From Pseudomonadota bacterium (lineage in GTDB: Bacteria; Pseudomonadota; Alphaproteobacteria; JAAXGF01): 24,000 nt of DNA. Location: contig JACZUY010000007.1 of the NCBI GenBank assembly GCA_022572945.1, positions 1-24,000 of the forward strand. Direction: 5' to 3'. Numbering within the stretch: position 1 is the first letter of the stretch; each line of letters starts with the position of its first letter. The notes under the pieces were generated by a model. That model was not told where the DNA came from. It saw only the letters and a program-made list of their open reading frames with translations, and made no database searches. The position numbers were made by a program, and so were the translations under genes. Of this stretch, positions 5,416-15,736 are shown one piece after another.

Positions 5416-5580
5416 CCGGATTTCAAAATGAATGGATCAGGTTTGAAATCCGGAGCCTGCGCCCCCTTTGATCGCAATAATTGCGGGCTGCCGCTTATGC
5501 GGCCAGGTTTTGATCAATGTAACGTTTGGCCTGCGTGGCGTTTGAACGCAGCAATTTCACAAAAATTGTGACATTGCGTA
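5416..5580 (-). repeat. Mosaic intergenic element, copy A (inverted relative to copies B, C and D)
   Basis: Hairpin CCGGATTTCAAA/TTTGAAATCCGG (5416-5427 / 5442-5453). Core ...CCCTTTGATCGCAA..., small hairpin GCCGCTTATGCGGC, and stem CTGCGT/ACGCAG. Hairpin GCAATTTCACAA/TTGTGACATTGC (5551-5577). It is close to 90% identical by eye to the reverse complement of 19036-19197, and it ends 5 nt past the tldD stop. Confidence 0.85.
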
Positions 5581-5585
5581 TGAGC

Positions 5586-7019
5586 CTACACCGCGGCGCC
5601 GCCGACGGTGAGGCCGTCGATCAGGAGCGTCGGCAGGCCGACGCCGACGGGCACGGTCTGGCCGTTCTTGCCGCAGGTGCCGATGCCGGGGTCGAGCGCC
5701 ATGTCGTTGCCGATCGCCTTGATCCGCGTCAGCACGTCGGGGCCGTTGCCGATCAGCGACGCGCCCTTGACCGGGGCACCGACCTTTCCGTCCTCGATGA
5801 GGTACGCTTCGGAAGCCGAGAACACGAACTTGCCCGAGGTGATGTCGACCTGGCCGCCGCCGAAGTTGACCGCATAGAGCCCGCGCTTGACGCCGGCGAT
5901 GATCTCCTCGGGGTCGCGATCGCCCGACTCCATGAAGGTGTTGGTCATGCGCGGCATGGGCGCGTGCGCGAAGCCCTGGCGGCGGCCGTTGCCGGTCGGC
6001 TTCATGCCCATCAGCCGGGCGTTCTGGCGGTCGTGCAGATAGCCGGTGAGAACGCCGTCCTCGATCAGCACCGTGCGTTCGGTGGGCGTGCCCTCGTCGT
6101 CGACCGTGAGCGAGCCGCGGCGGTCCGCAATCGTGCCGTCGTCGATGACGGTCACGCCCGGCGCGGCGACGCGCTCGCCCATGAGCCCGGCGAAGGCCGA
6201 GGTCTTCTTGCGGTTGAAGTCGCCCTCGAGGCCGTGGCCGATCGCCTCGTGCAACAGGATCCCCGGCCAGCCCGGCCCCAGCACGACCTGCATCTCGCCC
6301 GCCGGCGCGGGCACCGATTCGAGGTTCACCAGCGCCTGCCTGAGCGCCTCGTCGACCTGGGCCTGCCAGTGCCCGGGCTCGAAGTAGGCGTGATACGAGC
6401 CGCGCCCGCCGGCGCCGTCCGAGCCCGATTCCATGTGCTCGCCATCGGCCACGACGACGTTGACGTTGAGCCGCACGAGCGGGCGCACGTCGCCCACCCG
6501 CGCGCCGTCGGCGCGGACGATCTCGACCGCCTGCCACTCGCCCAGGAGCGACACCATGACCTGGCGGACGCGCGGATCGCGCCCCCGGGCGTAGGCGTCG
6601 ATGTCGGCGAGCAGCTTGACCTTGGCGGCGAAGTCGACCTCGTTCAGCGGGTTGGCGTCGTCGTAGAACGCCTGGTTGGTGCGCGCGGGGCCGGCGCCCG
6701 CCGCGCCCCCGTGGCCGGTGCGCACCGCCTGCACGGTTCGCGCCGCGCGGCGCATCGCCGCTTCCGACAGCTCGGAGGCGTGGGCGTACCCGGTCGCCTC
6801 GCCCGAGACCGCGCGCAGGCCGAAGCCCTGCGTGGTGTCGAAGCTGGCGTTCTTGAGCTTGCCGTCGTCGAAGGCGAAGCTCTCGGATTGGCGGTACTCG
6901 AGGAACAGCTCGCCGTCGTCGGCGCCGGCGAGCGCCTCGGCGACGATCCCCTCGACGCGGGCGCGGTCGAGACCGGCGCGGGTGAAGAACAGCTCATCGG
7001 CGCTCGGATAGGCGGTCAT
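5586..7019 (-). CDS. tldD: Metalloprotease TldD
   Basis: ...ELFLEYRQSESFAFDDGKLKNASFDTTQGFGLRAVSGEATGYAHA...LLHEAIGHGLEGDFNRK (HExxxH zinc motif)...TCGKNGQ.VPV. It is co-linear with E. coli TldD. The ATG at 7017-7019 is preferred; a GTG at 7031 is possible. Confidence 0.9.
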   Translation of the reverse strand: MTAYPSADELFFTRAGLDRARVEGIVAEALAGADDGELFLEYRQSESFAFDDGKLKNASFDTTQGFGLRAVSGEATGYAHASELSEAAMRRAARTVQAVRTGHGGAAGAGPARTNQAFYDDANPLNEVDFAAKVKLLADIDAYARGRDPRVRQVMVSLLGEWQAVEIVRADGARVGDVRPLVRLNVNVVVADGEHMESGSDGAGGRGSYHAYFEPGHWQAQVDEALRQALVNLESVPAPAGEMQVVLGPGWPGILLHEAIGHGLEGDFNRKKTSAFAGLMGERVAAPGVTVIDDGTIADRRGSLTVDDEGTPTERTVLIEDGVLTGYLHDRQNARLMGMKPTGNGRRQGFAHAPMPRMTNTFMESGDRDPEEIIAGVKRGLYAVNFGGGQVDITSGKFVFSASEAYLIEDGKVGAPVKGASLIGNGPDVLTRIKAIGNDMALDPGIGTCGKNGQTVPVGVGLPTLLIDGLTVGGAAV

Positions 7020-7089
7020 CGGCTTGCCCACTGATCGACACGAGGGTGCGTCCGGCGCGGACGCACACCGGTAACATAAAGCATTAGTC

Positions 7090-7229
7090 GTTCACCTTTA
7101 CACAATAAAGGTGAACCGCGTTCAATCGCCACGCGGGCTTCCGCCGCATAAGCGGCGGCCCCCATTTGTTGCGATCAAAGGAGGCGCGGGCTGGCGTAAT
7201 CCGAACGAATGGAATCGTTCGGATTACGC
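7090..7229 (+). repeat. Mosaic intergenic element, copy B (in the divergent tldD / ctaC intergenic region)
   Basis: Hairpin GTTCACCTTTA-cacaa-TAAAGGTGAAC (7090-7116). Stem CCGCGT..ACGCGG. Hairpin CCGCCGCataaGCGGCGG. Core CCCCCATTTGTTGCGATCAAAGGAGGCGCGGGCTG. A 15-bp perfect hairpin GCGTAATCCGAACGA-atggaa-TCGTTCGGATTACGC (7194-7229). The module order is the same as in copy C, but both terminal hairpins have different sequences. Confidence 0.8.
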
Positions 7230-7567
7230 TTTAGGGGCGCGATCGGGCGAAGCAAACCTTCGACATCCGCGGCGGCGGCGGGGCGCCGGCGGAGGTCCCG
7301 AAGCCCTCGCGCAGGGCGAATGAAACTCCGCTGAAATCGCCCGAAAAGGCGGTCGAGACCGCGGGCTCGCGGTCTTGTGGTTGGCGGTTCCGTGTTGTAC
7401 GTTCCGAGCGGCGGAGCGCCGTCGACGGGGCCCAGCAGGGAGCACAGGTTCACGAACCGCGTCGGTGCCTGGGCGGGCCGCAGCCTTTGGCGCGAAGCCG
7501 TCGATCCAGCATTGCCGGCGGAGGCGTTATTCGTGGCCGATCATCCGCTTCGGGGAGATCGCGGGAC

Positions 7568-8420
7568 GATGTCGCTTAACGGCAAAATTTTTGGCCTCGC
7601 GGCCGCCGCATGGTCGATGACGTTCGCCGCCGCCGCCAACGCCGGCCAGCCGGTGCCCTGGCAGATCGATTTCCAGGAAGCCGCGACGCCGGTCATGGCG
7701 CAGGTACAAGACTTCAACACCACGATTTCGGTCGTGATCGTTCTCATCAATTGGTTCGTGATCGCCTTGCTGGTCTACGTCATGTGGCGGTTCAACGCCA
7801 AGCGCAACCCGACCCCGTCGAAGACCACGCACAACACGCTGATCGAAGTCGTGTGGACGGTGGCGCCGATCATGATTCTGATTATCATCGCCGTCCCTTC
7901 ATTCCGGCTGCTCTACTTCCAGGACCGCGCCGTCGACGCCGAGATGACGATCAAGGCGGTCGGCAACCAGTGGTACTGGACGTACGAGTACCCGGATCAC
8001 GGCGGATTCGAGTTCGATGCGCTGATGATTCCCGACGACGAGATCGGGCCCGGCCAGGTCCGCCTGCTCGAAACCGACAACCGCATCGTGGTGCCGGTCG
8101 ACACGTCGATCAGGTTGCTGGTTACCGCCGCCGACGTGATTCACGCGTGGGCGGTGCCCGCCTTCGGCGTCAAGGTCGACGCGGTGCCTGGACGCCTCAG
8201 CGAAACCTGGTTCCGGATCGAGCGCGAGGGGGTTTATTACGGCCAGTGCTCGGAACTCTGCGGCGTCTATCACGGCTTCATGCCGATTGCCGTCGAAGCG
8301 GTGTCGAAACAGGCGTTCACCGCCTGGGTCGAACGCGCCAGGCAGGAGTTCGCGCTCGACGACGCGCGCGCCGCGACGACGGTGGCGCAGGCGCGGACTA
8401 AAGCGGTTCAAGGTCGATAG
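7568..8420 (+). CDS. ctaC: Cytochrome c oxidase (aa3) subunit II
   Basis: Signal-like N-terminus MSLNGKIFGLAAAAWSMTFAAAANA, two TM helices, and the CuA motif HAWAVPAFGVKVDAVPGR...CSELCGVYHGFMP. The start is taken at the ATG at 7568; the 64 codons upstream in the listed ORF do not look like coding sequence. Confidence 0.9.
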
Positions 8421-10058
<1,638 letters not shown>

Positions 10059-10088
10059 CCGCGGCGGCACCACCAACGCGAGGCCCAC

Positions 10089-11009
10089 GTGACCGATCAG
10101 ACCATTGCGCTCGACCCACCCGTCGGCAGCGGCGGCGGCGCCGACGCGGGCGTGGCCGATTACATCGCCCTGCTGAAGCCGCGGGTGATGTCGCTGGTGG
10201 TGTTCACCGGCTTCGCCGGGCTGTATCTCGCGCCGGGCTCGCTGCACCCGGTTCTCGCGTTCGCCGCCATCCTGTGCATCGCCGTGGCGGCCGGCGCCTC
10301 GGGCGCGATCAACATGTGGTACGACCGCGACATCGACGCCCGCATGGCGCGCACCCGCGGCCGGCCGATTCCTGCGGGCCGGATCGAACCCGGGGCGGCG
10401 CTCGGCTTCGGCGTCACGCTCGCGGTGGGATCGGTCGTGGTGATGGGTCTCGCAGTCAACGCCGTGGCGGCGGCGTTGTTGGCGCTGACCATCGGCTTCT
10501 ACGTGTTCGTCTACACCATGTGGCTCAAGCGGCGGACGCCGCAGAACATCGTCATCGGCGGCGCCGCCGGGGCGTTCCCGCCGATGATCGGCTGGGCCGC
10601 GGTGACCGGCGACGTAAGCCTCGCCGGTGTGATGCTGTTCGCCATCATCTTCGTGTGGACGCCGCCGCATTTCTGGGCGCTGTCGCTCTACCGTGTGAAA
10701 GACTACGCCAACGCCGGCGTGCCCATGCTGCCCGTGGTCGCGGGCGCGGCAGCGACCGAGCGCCATATCCTGGCGTATGCCCTGGTCCTGTTCCCGGTGG
10801 CGCTGGCACCGGCGTTGCTCGGCGTCGCCGGACCGGTCTACGCGATCGGCGCGGCGCTCCTCGGCGCGGCGTTCGTGGTCTGCGCGATCCGCGTGCAGGG
10901 CGATTCGACGCACCGCGAGGCGCGCCGCATGTTCGGCTTTTCGATCGTCTATCTGTTCATGATCTTCATGCTCTTGCTCGTCGACAAGGGCCTCGGCGGC
11001 GTGGGCTGA
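10089..11009 (+). CDS. ctaB: Protoheme IX farnesyltransferase (heme O synthase)
   Basis: UbiA-family polytopic protein with [16 protein letters not shown], the [19 protein letters not shown] motif, and [14 protein letters not shown] start. Confidence 0.9.
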   Translation: MTDQTIALDPPVGSGGGADAGVADYIALLKPRVMSLVVFTGFAGLYLAPGSLHPVLAFAAILCIAVAAGASGAINMWYDRDIDARMARTRGRPIPAGRIEPGAALGFGVTLAVGSVVVMGLAVNAVAAALLALTIGFYVFVYTMWLKRRTPQNIVIGGAAGAFPPMIGWAAVTGDVSLAGVMLFAIIFVWTPPHFWALSLYRVKDYANAGVPMLPVVAGAAATERHILAYALVLFPVALAPALLGVAGPVYAIGAALLGAAFVVCAIRVQGDSTHREARRMFGFSIVYLFMIFMLLLVDKGLGGVG

Positions 11010-11010
11010 T

Positions 11011-11658
11011 ATGGCGGTCACCGGGCATCACGGACGCCGACGCGGCAAGATCGTTACCGTGGCCGCCCTGGTGGCGGTCCTCGCCGGCATGGGCGGGCTC
11101 ACTTACGCCGCGGTGCCGCTTTACCAGCTGTTCTGCCGGGTGACCGGGTTCGGCGGCGCCACCCAGGTCGCCGAGGCCGCGCCCGAGACGATCGCCGACC
11201 GCGTCATCACCGTGCGCTTCAACACCGACGTCGGCCGCGACATGCCGTGGCGCTTCCGGCCACCGCAACGGCCGATGACGGTGCGCGTCGGCGAGGTGGC
11301 GATCGCGTACTTCAGCGCCGAGAACCCGTCGGACGAGAGCGTGACCGGCACCGCCGTCTTCAACGTCACGCCGTTCAAGGCGGGTCCATATTTCGCGAAA
11401 ATCGCGTGCTTCTGCTTCGACGAGCAGACGCTGGCGCCGGGCGAGCGGGTCGAGATGCCGGTGACGTTCTTCATCGACCCGGCGATCATGGACAACGTCA
11501 ACGTCGATGATGTCAACACCATCACGCTCTCCTACACCGCCTTCCGGGTGGCGGGCGCGAAGGCGCCCGAACCGGTGGCGCTGAACCGGCCGCGCGGGGC
11601 GCGACCTGCGCCCGCGCATGATGAGGCTTCAAGGCGGTTGTTGAAGGGACCGACGTGA
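11011..11658 (+). CDS. ctaG: Cytochrome c oxidase copper assembly protein CtaG/Cox11
   Basis: Single TM anchor, [15 protein letters not shown], and the copper-binding CFCF motif ([16 protein letters not shown]). Confidence 0.9.
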   Translation: MAVTGHHGRRRGKIVTVAALVAVLAGMGGLTYAAVPLYQLFCRVTGFGGATQVAEAAPETIADRVITVRFNTDVGRDMPWRFRPPQRPMTVRVGEVAIAYFSAENPSDESVTGTAVFNVTPFKAGPYFAKIACFCFDEQTLAPGERVEMPVTFFIDPAIMDNVNVDDVNTITLSYTAFRVAGAKAPEPVALNRPRGARPAPAHDEASRRLLKGPT

Positions 11659-12488
11659 TGGTCGAGAGGCAGGCCAGGGCGCACGAATACCATCTCGTCG
11701 ACCCGAGTCCGTGGCCGGCGGTCGGCGCGTTTGCCGCGCTCGTCATCGCGGCCGGCGGCATCCTGCTGATGCACGGCATCGCCGACTGGCCCTTCTACCT
11801 CGGCGTGCTGCTGGTGCTGTTCTCCATGTTCGGCTGGTGGCGCGACGTCATCCGCGAGGCCGAGTTCGAGGGCCACCACACGCCGATCGTGCAGCTCGGG
11901 ATGCGCTACGGCATGGCGTTGTTCATCGCCTCGGAGGTGATGTTCTTCGTCGCCTTCTTCTGGGCCTTCTTCGACGCCAGCCTGTTCCCCGGCGGCGCGG
12001 GCAGCGAGGAGATGATCGGCCGCGCCGCGTACACCGGCGGGGTGTGGCCACCGACGCACATCGAAGCCTTCAACGCGTTCGAGATCCCGTTCGTCAACAC
12101 GCTGATCCTCCTGACCTCGGGAACCACGGTGACCTGGGCGCATCACGAAATCCGCGACGGCGACCGCGCGCGCGCGATCTTCGCGTTGTGGCTGACGATC
12201 CTCCTCGGCATCAGCTTCACCGCGCTGCAGGCTTACGAGTACGTCCATGCCCCGTTCGACTTCACCGGCGGCATCTACGGCTCGACGTTCTTCATGGCCA
12301 CCGGCTTCCACGGCTTCCACGTCATCATCGGCACCTGCTTCCTGTCGGTGTGCCTGTGGCGGCTCTACCAGGGGCATTTCCGGCCCGACCACCATTTCGG
12401 CTTCGAGGCGGCGGCATGGTACTGGCACTTCGTCGACGTGGTGTGGCTGTTCCTGTTCAGCAGCGTCTACTGGTGGGGCGGCGGCTGA
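11658..12488 (+). CDS. ctaE: Cytochrome c oxidase subunit III
   Basis: [12 protein letters not shown]..., [54 protein letters not shown]. The ATG overlaps the ctaG stop (TGATG). Confidence 0.92.
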   Translation: MVERQARAHEYHLVDPSPWPAVGAFAALVIAAGGILLMHGIADWPFYLGVLLVLFSMFGWWRDVIREAEFEGHHTPIVQLGMRYGMALFIASEVMFFVAFFWAFFDASLFPGGAGSEEMIGRAAYTGGVWPPTHIEAFNAFEIPFVNTLILLTSGTTVTWAHHEIRDGDRARAIFALWLTILLGISFTALQAYEYVHAPFDFTGGIYGSTFFMATGFHGFHVIIGTCFLSVCLWRLYQGHFRPDHHFGFEAAAWYWHFVDVVWLFLFSSVYWWGGG

Positions 12489-12510
12489 GCGCGCCGCGAT
12501 CGCACGCGGC

Positions 12511-13251
12511 ATGACAACGGCGACGTCCCGGCGTGAGGCGCTGCGATTTCGCCCGACGCTTCGGGCGACCGCGATCGCCCTGCCCGCGTTTCTCGTTCTC
12601 ATTGCGCTCGGCGCCTGGCAGGTGCAGCGGCTGGCGTCGAAGACCGAGCTGATCGCCTTGATCGAGGCCCGGCTCGCGGCGCCGGCCGCTCCCTTGCCCG
12701 CCGGCCTGCTGCGGCCCGGCGACGTGTCCGGCATCGCATTCCGCCGCGTCACCGTCGCCGGGACGCTGCTCCACGACCGCGAGATCTACCTCGTGGCCAC
12801 GCGTCGCGGAAAGTTTGGATTTCACGTCGTCACCCCGCTGCGGCGCGCCGGCGGCGGCTTCGTGCTCGTCGACCGCGGCTGGGTGCCGGTCGAAGCGCGC
12901 GATCCGGCGCGCCGTGCCGCGGGCCAGATCGGGGGCGCGGTGACGATCGAGGGGCTGGTGCGCGCGCCGCAGGAGCCCGGCTGGTTCACGCCCGAAAACG
13001 ACCCGGCCAAGAATTACTGGTTCTGGCGCGACGTTCCCGCCATGGCCGCGTTCGCCGGCGTCGACGCGCCGCCGTTGATCGTCGAAGCCGGGCCGGCGGC
13101 CAACCCCGGGGGTCTGCCGATCGGCCGCGCGTTCCGCTTCGATATCGCCAACGACCACCTGCAGTACGCGATCACCTGGTTCCTGCTCGCCGCGTCGCTC
13201 GCGGTGATCTACGTCCTGTCCCAGCGCTCGCCCGTGTCGGAGAACGGCTGA
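12511..13251 (+). CDS. surf1: SURF1-family cytochrome oxidase biogenesis protein
   Basis: N-terminal TM followed by LGAWQVQRLASK, ...GFHVVTPL...VLVDRGWVP, and a C-terminal TM with NDHLQYAITWF. The start is the ATG at 12511; the listed longer ORF from 12247 overlaps ctaE out of frame. Confidence 0.85.
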   Translation: MTTATSRREALRFRPTLRATAIALPAFLVLIALGAWQVQRLASKTELIALIEARLAAPAAPLPAGLLRPGDVSGIAFRRVTVAGTLLHDREIYLVATRRGKFGFHVVTPLRRAGGGFVLVDRGWVPVEARDPARRAAGQIGGAVTIEGLVRAPQEPGWFTPENDPAKNYWFWRDVPAMAAFAGVDAPPLIVEAGPAANPGGLPIGRAFRFDIANDHLQYAITWFLLAASLAVIYVLSQRSPVSENG

Positions 13252-14183
13252 TGCGGGGGTTTCGGCGGCTCGCCGGCGCGGCGGTCCTATTCACCTTCGT
13301 GCTGATCGTGCTCGGCGCGGTCGTGCGCGGCACCGGCTCGGGCCTCGCCTGTCCCGACTGGCCGCGCTGCTACGGGTTGTGGCTGCCGACGCCGGCCGAG
13401 ATCGGCGCGGCCGACTACAGCTTCGGCCAGGTCATGCTCGAGTGGAGCCACCGGCTGATCGCCGGTTTCGTCGTCGGCCCGCTCGTGCTGGCGCTCTTGA
13501 TCTGGGCCGTGCGGCGGCGGCACGAGATGCGCGGGCCGGCGCCGATCATGGGCGTGGCGTTCATCCTCGTGCTGATTCAGGCGGGGCTGGGCGGCTTCAC
13601 CGTCCTCGACCAGAACAGCCCGTTGTCGGTGGCGGTGCATCTCGCCACCGCGCTCGTCTTCCTCGCCGTTTTGATCCTCGTGTTTCTGGTGTCGAAGCGG
13701 CGCTCCGGGCTCGACGCCACGCCCGAGCCCGTGCCGCCGGGCCTGCGCGCCGCCACCGGTTTGACTCTCGCCGCGGCGCTCGCCGTGGTGACGAGCGGCG
13801 CGGTCGTGGCGAAGAGCGGCGCGTCGCTCGCCTGCACGGGCTGGCCGTTGTGCGCCGGCCTGGCGCTGCCTGACCTCGGCGATCCGTTGGTGCGCCTACA
13901 CTTCGGCCATCGCCTGCTGGCGCTCGTCGCCGCTGTTTTCATCGGCGGTCTCTACTTGGCCGGGCGGGCGCGGCGGTGGGAGGCGCCGATGTTTCACCGC
14001 GACGCGCGCGCCGCCGGCGTTTTGCTGCTGACCGAGGTCGGGGTCGGCGCCGGCGTCATCTTCGCCTCGGTGCCGTTGTGGCTCGCCGTCGTCCACCAGG
14101 CCGTCGGCGTCCTCGTCTTCGCCGCGCTCGCCGTGGCCTTCCTGAGGCCGTTCGTGAGGCGGCAGCGCTTCGGCCATGGCTGA
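13251..14183 (+). CDS. ctaA: Heme A synthase CtaA/COX15 (short form carrying two Cys pairs)
   Basis: 310 aa, 8 predicted TM helices. GAVVRGTGSGLACPDWPRCYG, EWSHR, AVHLA, second half SGASLACTGWPLC, HFGHR, VVHQA (His ligand positions in both halves). TGATG overlap with surf1. Confidence 0.85.
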   Translation: MRGFRRLAGAAVLFTFVLIVLGAVVRGTGSGLACPDWPRCYGLWLPTPAEIGAADYSFGQVMLEWSHRLIAGFVVGPLVLALLIWAVRRRHEMRGPAPIMGVAFILVLIQAGLGGFTVLDQNSPLSVAVHLATALVFLAVLILVFLVSKRRSGLDATPEPVPPGLRAATGLTLAAALAVVTSGAVVAKSGASLACTGWPLCAGLALPDLGDPLVRLHFGHRLLALVAAVFIGGLYLAGRARRWEAPMFHRDARAAGVLLLTEVGVGAGVIFASVPLWLAVVHQAVGVLVFAALAVAFLRPFVRRQRFGHG

Positions 14184-15672
14184 GGCCTACGCCGAGCTCG
14201 AACGTCGGTTCCGGCGGCTCGGCATTCTGCGCGGCGCGGGCGCGGTGCTCGGCTGGGACCGCCAGACGATGATGCCCGTGGGCGGCGCCGACGATCGCAC
14301 CGAGCAGGCCGCCGCGCTCGCCCTGGTCGACCACGAAACGCTCACCGACGCGTCGATGGGCGCGCTGCTCGACAGTGCCGAAGCCGACGAGGCGGGAGCG
14401 CTGGAGCAATGGGAATCGGCCAACCTGCGCCTGATGCGGCGCCAGTGGATCCACGCCAACGCGGTCGAGGCCGGGCTCGTCGAGGCGCTGACCCGCGCCG
14501 CCGCCACGGCCGAGATGCGCTGGCGCACGGCGCGCGCGGAAGATGACTTCGCCGGCTTCGCGCCGCTGCTCGCCGAGGTCGTGGCACTGGTCCGCGAAGT
14601 CGCCGCGGCCACGGCCACGGCGCTCGGCTGCACGCCGTACGAAGCGCTTCTCGATAGCTTCGAGCCGCACGGCCGTACGGCCGACATCGACGCGCTGTTC
14701 GCCGACCTCGAGGCGTTCCTTCCCGGCTTTCTCGCGCAGGTGATCGAGCGTCAGGCCGGGCGTCCCGCGCCGCTCCCGCTCGACGGGCCGTTCCCGGTCG
14801 CGGCGCAGCGCGATCTCGGCCGCCGGCTGATGGCGGTCATCGGCTTCGACTTCGACCACGGGCGCCTCGACGTGAGCGATCACCCGTTCACCGGCGGCAC
14901 CCCCGGCGACGTGCGCATCACCACGCGCTATCACGACGACGACTTCGCCAAGTCGCTGATGGCGGTGCTGCACGAAACCGGGCACGCGCTCTACGAACGC
15001 GGCCTGCCCGCGGCGTGGCGCTACCAGCCGGTCGGCGAGTCGGCGAGCATGAGCCTGCACGAGAGCCAGTCGCTGCTGCTCGAGATGCAGGCGTGCCGCG
15101 GCGAGGCGTTCATCGGCTTCGCCGCGCCGCTGATGCGCGACGCCTTCGGCGGCGACGGCCCGGCGTGGGACGCCGGGAACCTCCACCGGCTCGCCACCCG
15201 GGTGGCGCCCGGATTGATCCGCGTCGACGCCGACGAGGTCACGTATCCGGCGCACATCCTGCTGCGCTACCGGCTCGAGAAGGCGCTGATCGCCGGCGAC
15301 CTCGCGGTCGACGACCTCCCCGGCGCGTGGAACGACGGCATGCAAGCGTTGCTCGGGGTCACGCCGCCCGACGACCGCCTCGGCTGCCTGCAGGACATCC
15401 ACTGGGCGGAGGGCCTGTTCGGCTACTTCCCGACCTACACGCTCGGCGCGATGATCGCGGCCCAACTGTTCGATGCGGCGACGGCGGCCGACCCGGACAT
15501 CGTGCCCGGAATCGGCCGCGGCGACTTCGCGCCGCTGATGCGCTGGCTGCGCGCGCAGGTCCACGAACTCGGCGCGTCGCTCACCACCGCGGAGCTCGTC
15601 GAGCGCGCCACCGGCCGGCCGCTCGACGTGGCGGTGTTCAAGGCGCACCTCGAAACCCGCTACCTCGCGTGA
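14176..15672 (+). CDS. M32 family carboxypeptidase (carboxypeptidase Taq-like)
   Basis: 498 aa. HPF..G....DVRITTRY, HETGHALYE (HExxH), SMSLHESQS, IRVDADEVTYPAHI.LRY..E, and DIHWAEG.FGYFPTYTLG are M32 signatures. It overlaps the ctaA end by 8 nt. Confidence 0.85.
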   Translation: MAEAYAELERRFRRLGILRGAGAVLGWDRQTMMPVGGADDRTEQAAALALVDHETLTDASMGALLDSAEADEAGALEQWESANLRLMRRQWIHANAVEAGLVEALTRAAATAEMRWRTARAEDDFAGFAPLLAEVVALVREVAAATATALGCTPYEALLDSFEPHGRTADIDALFADLEAFLPGFLAQVIERQAGRPAPLPLDGPFPVAAQRDLGRRLMAVIGFDFDHGRLDVSDHPFTGGTPGDVRITTRYHDDDFAKSLMAVLHETGHALYERGLPAAWRYQPVGESASMSLHESQSLLLEMQACRGEAFIGFAAPLMRDAFGGDGPAWDAGNLHRLATRVAPGLIRVDADEVTYPAHILLRYRLEKALIAGDLAVDDLPGAWNDGMQALLGVTPPDDRLGCLQDIHWAEGLFGYFPTYTLGAMIAAQLFDAATAADPDIVPGIGRGDFAPLMRWLRAQVHELGASLTTAELVERATGRPLDVAVFKAHLETRYLA

Positions 15673-15736
15673 GCTTGTAACGCCGGGACCGCGCCGATAG
15701 TCTGTTCGCCCGCCGCGGCGGCGGGAAGGAGCGGTT

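Noticed and set aside
5277-5477. 66-aa minus-strand ORF
   Set aside because: Its N-terminal half is read through hairpin H2 and the core of repeat element copy A. There is no RBS or recognisable family. At most its C-terminal part is a gene stump (listed as a low-interest finding).
5526-7034. 502-aa plus-strand ORF opposite tldD, together with 5557..6537(-)
   Set aside because: The composition is an Arg/Ala/Gly/Asp shadow with no motifs. The minus-strand frame at 5586..7019 encodes an unmistakable TldD with HEAIGHGLEGD.
7377-7567. N-terminal 64-codon extension of the ctaC ORF
   Set aside because: The extension has no signal or TM character. The ATG at 7568 is followed by a typical subunit II signal-like N-terminus.
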